From Eledone cirrhosa (Eukaryota): a DNA stretch of 64,000 bases. The notes beneath the pieces are model-generated. The model was not told the DNA's origin, ran no database searches, and saw only the letters and a program-made list of their open reading frames with translations. Made by a program: the position numbers and the translations under genes. This document shows, piece by piece, positions 56,501 to 64,000 of the stretch. Positions within the stretch are counted from its first letter, which is position 1; each line of letters opens with the position of its first letter. The stretch covers positions 302,002,001 to 302,066,000 of the forward strand of contig OZ024741.1 in assembly GCA_964016885.1 (NCBI GenBank), written 5' to 3'.

Positions 56501-58461
56501 TGTGATGTGAGTGATTTGTGTGGAGGTGGTGTAAATTTTGGGGTGTTGTGTAGTCTTTTTCTGTGATGCTGGTGTTGTGTTGGGTGTAGTGTAATAATTG
56601 GTTGTTGTTCAAATTTAATGATGTGTAGTGTGTATCGTTTTGGTTGCTTTGTTTTGTTTGCGTTTGTTGTGGGTTTGTTTCTGTTTCGCCTGTTGGTGAT
56701 TTTTATGGTGTTGGTGATGGTGGTGTTGGGGTTAATGATGGTGATGGTGTTGGTGTTTGTGGTGATGCTGGTGTGGGTGGTGGCATAGTTGTCTTAACTT
56801 TTTTGTTTGTTTTTTTGTTTCCCTCTGCATTTTGTTTTTGGAGGGCGAAGACAGTGGATTTTTTCTTTTTGGGGTTCTTTTTTTTTTTCCTGATACCGTT
56901 TCCCACTCCTCCTCGTCGTCACAATCTGTTTCCAGTTGGGATAGGTCGGGGAGTGGAAAATTCTCCACAGGCATTGGTTTTGATTGTGGCGTGGTGGATG
57001 GTGGAGGCGCTGGTACTAATTCTGGCGCGGTGGGTGGTGGTGGTGTTGGTTTTGCTACTGTTGCTACTACAGTTGCTTCTGTTGTTGCTGCCATTTCTAC
57101 TGCTGCTGGTTTTGATGGTTGAGTCACTGGGCTGGGTAGGAGAGGTGGCCTCAACTTTTTAGCCTGAGGGCAGAAAGCCTTTAGGTTGGTTCCTTCGCCA
57201 CAAACGACACACCTAGGCGTTCTACCCTCAACGATTACGGTGAGGTGGCTGCCGTGATTGAAGTCTATCACCTCTGGAAATTCCTCAATGTTTTTTGGTC
57301 CGCTTGAATCAGGAGCTCCATCTCAGATCCGGACCAGTTCTTCTCCTTTTCTTTTGTTACCTCAATTATTTTCGTGTTGGCCTCGATGCCGGCGAGGGCG
57401 GCAGCCATTAGCCAGGGAATTTCGATGGCCGGCTTAACTTGGGTCACCCTGATCTTCACGAGTCTCTGACCACAATAGCTTAGGACGAGTGTGAACTCGT
57501 CACTTCTTAATGGGGCCATGGAGTGCTCTCTGGCTTCCTGTGGGGTTCCAAAGAACACGTCCATGGTTCCATATTTCTGCCCACGTCTGATATGGGTTTT
57601 TTTCGCCCACACATGTCCCAAAGCTTTTTGTATCTGGGACTCGGATGCCCGTTCCACTCGGCGTGATTTTGTGTTTATCGTCCGATATGACACGATGCAT
57701 AGGCGCCGATGCTCCATTTTATTAGATGGGGGTGAGGCTGACCCTGTACCCATCTTTTTTTACCATTCTCTTGGCTTCATTGAATTCATCCTGGCTTACC
57801 TCGATTGTTTCGTTTTTCTTGGCTGCTTTGGCCCACGACACATTTTGTTTTGCGCTGATGTTCATGTTGTTGTTATTCTCATTGTTGTTGTTGCTGTTGT
57901 TGTTATTGTTATTTTTGTTATTGTTATTTTTAGTTTCAGTTGTGGTGGTGTCAGTGGTGTTCGGCGTGGAAGAGTCGATTCTGGGTGAATCCATTTCGAT
58001 GTCACGAAATAATAATTTTTTTTTATGTTTCTGTTGTCGTTGTGGTGGTGGTGGGGTGGCGGCTTTAACACCTGCAGTTATTGGTAATGGCGGGAAATTA
58101 ATGTCTGTATGTGACAAATTTAAATTATTGCCACTGCTTGTATTTTTAGTGTTGGCAACCGTAGTAATGTTTACGATGGTGGTGTTGGTGTGAGGTGCTA
58201 GTTTGTTAGAAAGGCTGTCAGCTTTGTGTGGCTGAGAGCCGTCCATGTTTTTTTTTAAAGGAAGATTTTGTTTGATAATTATAAAAATTTAAATTTGGGG
58301 CTCAAGGCCACAATATTATTCACTGTCCTTTTCAGAAAGCAATATATGTGAACTTATAAACACTTAACAACAAACATTTTCCATAACTGGCAATTTGAAA
58401 CAACTGAAAACAACAAACCTTTGCGGAGCTCACGATAATACGATTTCCTACGTAGGTCGCC
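53574..58461 (-). mobile_element. Tx1-type LINE copy 2, both termini intact, several internal deletions in ORF2
   Basis: Colinear with 1133-6985; (AAT)n on both flanks. Confidence 0.92.
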
Positions 58462-58480
58462 AATAATAATAATAATAATA

Positions 58481-61105
58481 AGCTTGAAAGGAAAGAAAAA
58501 GGCAACGATGTGATCCCTGAGGCGGAACAGACTAAGACATTCTGGAGAGGAATATGGGAGCAGGATGTTGAACATAAAGCAGTGTGGATTGAGACAGTTC
58601 AAAAGGAGATTAGTGAACAAGCACACCAACAACCTGATTTGAGTATCACAGTTGAAACTCTTAAAGGGCAGGCCAAAAAACTAACCAACTGGAAATCACC
58701 AGGCCCAGATGGTGTGCAAGGGTATTGGATTAAAAATATAACATCCCTCCACCCGAAACTGACAACCATGTTCAATGACTGCTTGATGTCGGGTGAAGTA
58801 CCAGAGTGGTTGACAAAAGGTACCACAGTTTTGGTAATGAAAAACCGAATCAAGGGTAATGATGTTACCAACTATAGGCCTATCACATGGCTGTCCATAA
58901 TGTGGAAACTGTCAACAAGCATTGTGTCTGAGGAAATCTACCATCACCTCCACATAAACAACTTGTTACCGGACGAACAGAAAGGATGCCGAAAGAAGTC
59001 CCGTGGTACAAAAGACCAGTTACTTATTGATAAGATGGTAATGAGGAATTGCAAGAGGAGGCACACTGGTCTTGCCATAGGATGGATAGACTACAAAAAG
59101 GCATTCGATATGGTACCTCATTCTTGGATAACCACAAGCCTAGAGATCTTCAAGGTGGTAGATAACATCAGACGGTTTTGTTAAGCAAAAGTATGAAGTC
59201 CTGGGAAACAGAGTTAACATCGGGTGGAGAATACTGGGGGGGGGGGGGGGGTGAAGATCAAGAGAGGTATCTTCCAGGCAGATAGTTTGTCTCCTCTGCT
59301 GGTTGTACTTGCCCTGATACCCCTGACCGTTATATTGCGAAAAGTGATAGCGGGATACAATTTGGGAAAGGGAGAGCTTACCATCAACCACCTCCTCTTC
59401 ATGAATGATCTTAAATTCTTTGGGAAGAGTGAGAAGGAGTTGTATGTACTTGTTGACACTGTCTGTATTTTCAGCAATGATATATGTATGGAATTTGGTT
59501 TTAATAAGTGTGGAGTCCTAGTGATGAAGAGGGGTAAATTGAGCAGAAGCAACGGAATCCAGGTACCAACAGGTGAGATGATAAAGGAAATTGACACTGA
59601 GGAGGGATACAAATATTTAGCTGTTCTAGAGGCAGATGACATCAAGAACAAAAAAAAATGAAGGAATTGATAAGATCTGAGTACATAAGGAGAGTAAGGA
59701 GCGTATTAAAATCACATCTAAATATTAGGAATGTCATAAGTGCAGTAAATTCCCGAGCAGTGTCTATTATTAGGTACAGTGCGGGTGGTGGATTGGCAGT
59801 ATCGGTAGAGGGTCGGACGCCATGCTTTCCAGCATAGTTACATCCCTTTACGATCTGAGTTCAAATCCCGCCGAGGTTGACTTTGCCTTTCATCCTTACG
59901 GGGTCGATAAAATAAAGTACCAGTAATGCACTGGGTAATTGCTGGCCTTGTGCCTAAAGTAGAAACAATTATTAGGTACAGTGCGGGAATTCTGAAATGG
60001 AATGTTACTGAACAAAAAGAAATGGATAGGAAGACTAGCTATTGACTATCTACATGTTCCACAAGAGGAGTGATGTCAATAGACTCTACTTAAAGAGATC
60101 TGAAGGTGGAAGAGGTTTTATAAGCATAGAGGACTGTTCAGATGGAGAAAAACAATCTGCACAAATATGTGACTGACAGTAGAGAGCCAATGCTCAAAAT
60201 TGTACTGAAGGAGAAGACAATAGACCAGGGAATCTCCAAGGAGGAACAGCAACCTTCATAGTACCTTCTTTCAGAAAACGGAATTTAGAGATCCACAGAT
60301 ATGGAACTGGTTAAAAAGAGAAGACATTAAAAAAGCTACAGAAGGAATGCTAATGGCTGCGCAAGAGCAATCCCTCAGAACGAAGTGGGTGAAACACCAT
60401 ATTGACAAAGAGGAGGCTAGCTCACTGTGTAGGATTTGTGGAGAGAGCGAGGAGAAACTGTGGCTCACATTGTATCCGAGTGTAAACACCTAGCCCAGAC
60501 TCACTACAAAGGCTGGAGACATGATGTGATAGGCAGGGTGATCCAATGGCATCTATGCAAAGTAAACAATTTACCACATTCTGAGAAGTGATATGAGCAT
60601 AAGCCAGAGTCGGTGATAGAAAACGATCAGGTGAAGGTCTATGTGATTTTAGGATAGAGACGGATAAGAAACTGGAACACAATAGGCCTGACCTGGTGGT
60701 TTTGACAAGGAAAAAAGATCGTGCCTGATTGTGGATGTAGCCTGCCCATTTGACACGAGAGTGCAAGAAAAGGAGAGGGAGAAAATTAACTGATACCAGG
60801 ATTTAAAGTGGGAGTTAAAAAGGATTTGGAACTGCCATGAGATCAAGGTCATCCCGATTGTCATAGGCACACTAGGTACTATCTCAAAGAGTTTCCAAGG
60901 ATGGTTAAAGAAGATTAGTCCAGCCCCGCTTTTTGGAACACTTCAAAAGGCATGCTTGCTGGGAACAGCAAGAACCCTCCGATACGTCCTGAATATCTGA
61001 GGCTGCAGGTAGCGGCTTGATATTCATTTCAACAAACTTTCCAGTTAAATAACATCATTGACTGAGACTCAAAGAACAATAATAATAATAACAATATAAT
61101 AATAA
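58481..61105 (+). mobile_element. 5'-truncated R4/Dong-type RLE LINE (another family), decayed, with AAT tail
   Basis: NWKSPGPDG, YRPIT, EQKGC, WIDYKKAFD, GIFQADSLS, FMNDLK; later CRIC, RHD and RPD motifs in broken frames. Confidence 0.9.
59786..59970 (+). mobile_element. SINE copy with 20-bp TSD
   Basis: ATTATTAGGTACAGTGCGGG at 59766-59785 and 59968-59987. Confidence 0.95.
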
Positions 61106-61204
61106 AGAAGAAGAAGAAGAAGAAGAAGAAGAAGAAGAAGAAGAAGAAGAAGAAGAAGAAGAAGAAGAAGAAGATTACCCTTTTATAAAGGGAAATAAAT
61201 TCTA

Positions 61205-63890
61205 TCACATATGTTGAAGGAAGTTATGTAAGAGCTTCTGGGTAAACAACATTCTTTGTTTTCTGGTTTGGGGCATAGACAAATAAGTCTTGTAAATTAC
61301 CCACCCTGGAGCAACCAACATAAAGTTGACCATGAGAAAAGCAAGGCTCAATTAAATACAAGCCAGTAGATTTGAGCGTTATTAATAGACATTGCGAAGC
61401 AACATCGCCCTGGGAAGAAGCTACCAGTGATGATGGTAGCTTCTATCACATTAGGTGATCATGTCTTCACAATCAACTTTGTCCCATTGCATAATTTAGG
61501 AGGAACTAAATTTCTTAGAAGTATTATTAAGTCTGGAAATACCCTGTTCTTCAATTCATGATCGCAATATGAGCCAAATTGATATCACTATTCCCATCAA
61601 TTGGTACTTTCCCATTCCTTAATTGGAGGAGCCGGGTTGAAAACTGTTCTCCCCATGTAATAAAGCTCGCATGTTAGTATTGAAGGAGAATTTCTGTACT
61701 TTATTCCATAGGTGCAAAGACTTAATGCATGCTTTTATTTCATCAGCTCTTGTTCCTCTCGGAATGACTGGTAATGTCTGTCTGAAGTCTCCTGATAAAA
61801 TTAATGTAACTCCTCCCATAGATTTATTGTTGCTTCTTATGTCCTGTAAGGGCTTATCAAGAGCTTCTATTGCACCTCTGTGTGACATTGGCGCAATACT
61901 TCTGCTGAACCTGAACCTTTGCTTATGTTACAAATTGGACTGTCATTTTGACGAGGTTTAGCGGTAATTTAAAAGCAAAATGGGCTGTTCGTCCTGCTGG
62001 GAGTAGGGTGACAGTAAAGCTAGACGATGCTACAGCAACTGTAATTCTTTTTTGTTGCCTCACCTTGGAGAGAAGCAATCTTGATAGAAATGTTTTACCA
62101 GTGCCACCAAGAGCATCAAGAAAGAAAATTCCTCTGCTTTTTTCTCTGACTGACGAAATAATTTTATCATATGCACAACGTTGTTCTGGGTGAAGTTTAG
62201 GCTCATGTTCATTCACAAATGCAACCAATTCTGTGATGTCATAATGTGTCTCTCTTGCTATCTCTCTTGAAGTTAACACACTAACTTGACGGTTTGTTTT
62301 TGGCAGTCCAGAACCAGACTCTTGCAAATTTTTGCCTCACATGGCCGAAACTTGATCTTCAATTTCAATCAGTGCTTGGTTAAAAAGGTTTTCAGAGAAC
62401 TGAATATTGATATCTGGATTTGCCTGTTGAACTGCATACTTTAAGTTCTCAGCCATGTCCTCACAATATTTCATCCAAAGCTGTAGGGGACTGCCAAGTT
62501 GACACAGCATAATTGCTGTGTTCAGCATAATTGCAAAAAGGTTACGGAGTTTCCTTGGAGAATCTGACACTAATGTTTCAGTCAATGCAAGGTCTCAATG
62601 CTCATCATTTTCTTTAAAAAACCTTGTTGATAGCATGCTTCCCTATAAATTTCACACACATGACCATTTACCCTCCTCAAATCTTGGAATGATTTGGGAC
62701 CATGTACTTCATGCAAAAGGAGCCTTAAGTAGGAGCATTCTGCATGGCTTAAGTAGACACTGTAAACTCTTGCAAGAGCGTCAACATCACGTTTCTTCTT
62801 GTGCTATTTATTATTTCTCCAGGTGAAATACTTGGGTAATTCTAGGCAAAGGAGTTTTCTAGGTAAAGGAGTTTTCATCTTCTTGACACAACTTAAAAAA
62901 AGGCAGTAAGGGTAGTTTCTTTTGGAGAAAGTGCTTGTTGCAAGGCTGTTTGTTTTGTAAAGATAACCCTTTGGCCATTCTCTACATGGACACTCAGATG
63001 AATGATGGCTGTGTGCCTCTCATGAATGGGAAAATTGAAGATGCACCAAAAAGCCTCATTGCTATTGGTGTATCTTCCTCTCTTATACTGTGCAACTTCA
63101 TCATTTTTATTTATCTGCTGACTGCCATTCTGCATAAGAGGCTATGTTGCAGCATCTAAACCTTTGTTTATATATTTGCAAACATACTTAATAGACTTAA
63201 CAGAGTTGCAGAATTCAACATTGATATGGGCTTTGAAAGTTTTTGTAAGAAGAGCTCAGTAAGTACAATCCAACGATTGTCAATGATGAATTCTTGTCCA
63301 TTTCTCTTCTTTTTTTTTTTCGAAGCAAATCCACCATGACCAGGTTTTCTTCTCCTGCAAAGTGGGTAGCCAACTTCTCTAGTTTGGGTTTCTTGTACAG
63401 AGGGACATGGGTAGCTCTTGGTACACTTATTATTCCTCGTGCATGGGAAGATGTATTAATTGAACCACAGAGCCCATTAATCATCTGGGACTTCACAATG
63501 TCATGCTACAAAGGATCTTGCTAAGGATCAGGCAGTTCAGCTGAGATAAATAAATCGATATCATTTAGCCGAAGTTTTTCTTGTAACCAAATCAAAATGT
63601 GGGCATGTGGCAATCCTCGTTTTTGCCATTCAATTGTGTACATGTCACATTTGACTGGTCCAAAGACTTCACCTTTTTTTAGGAGATCCATCACCTTTAT
63701 GACTTTATGTCTGAACACCCTAGCTATAATATCATGGCGAGCTTTGGGTTCTTGATGATAATAAAGTTCACTCTTTATTTCATGTCATGTTAGGTTATAT
63801 GTGAATGTAATGAAGAGATCTGGACGACCATACTGTCTGACATATGTAAGTGCATCTTGAGTACGCTCATGCATATACCGTGGACTGTTT
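61205..63890 (-). pseudogene. Helitron Rep/PIF1-like helicase, heavily disrupted
   Basis: GRPDLFITFT, EWQKRGLPHAHIL (HUH), [50 protein letters not shown]. Confidence 0.92.
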
Positions 63891-64000
63891 GTGTGCGTAT
63901 GTATACTTACATTTATGTATCAGCTGTGCTAGGGCGAGAAATGACATTCTAATTTTTTTTTTTGGGGGGGGGGGGGGGGGTATACGGCCAACTGAACTTC

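Noticed and set aside
61178-61192. CCCTTT-TAT-AAAGGG as the Helitron 3' hairpin
   Set aside because: AT-rich and not followed by CTRR; the true end appears lost.

Overview
AT-rich, microsatellite-dense eukaryotic DNA, most likely intergenic or intronic sequence of an octopus/cephalopod (inferred from the SINE and LINE repertoire, not proven). No host gene could be supported. The window is a nested transposon graveyard. It holds two end-to-end Tx1 (L1-clade) LINEs in (AAT)n, three R4/Dong-type RLE LINEs plus a fragment, RTE LINE fragments and three short structured RTE derivatives in (TATG)n, several Penelope-like elements (PLEs) of different types with inverted termini, a DD37D (maT) Tc1/mariner element, a decayed autonomous Helitron and two non-autonomous Helitron-like ends, and about ten tRNA-derived SINEs. 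Main observations: (1) about ten hammerhead ribozyme (HHR) motifs read by eye, including U3-A8 compensatory-core variants and a ~530 bp retrozyme-like unit; (2) fold-back palindromes whose turning points fall inside hammerheads; (3) each retroelement family occupies its own microsatellite, and tails of one family serve as targets of another; (4) the common SINE shares its 3' end and ATT-type target with the Tx1 LINE. All structures were read by eye and no searches or folding programs were run.
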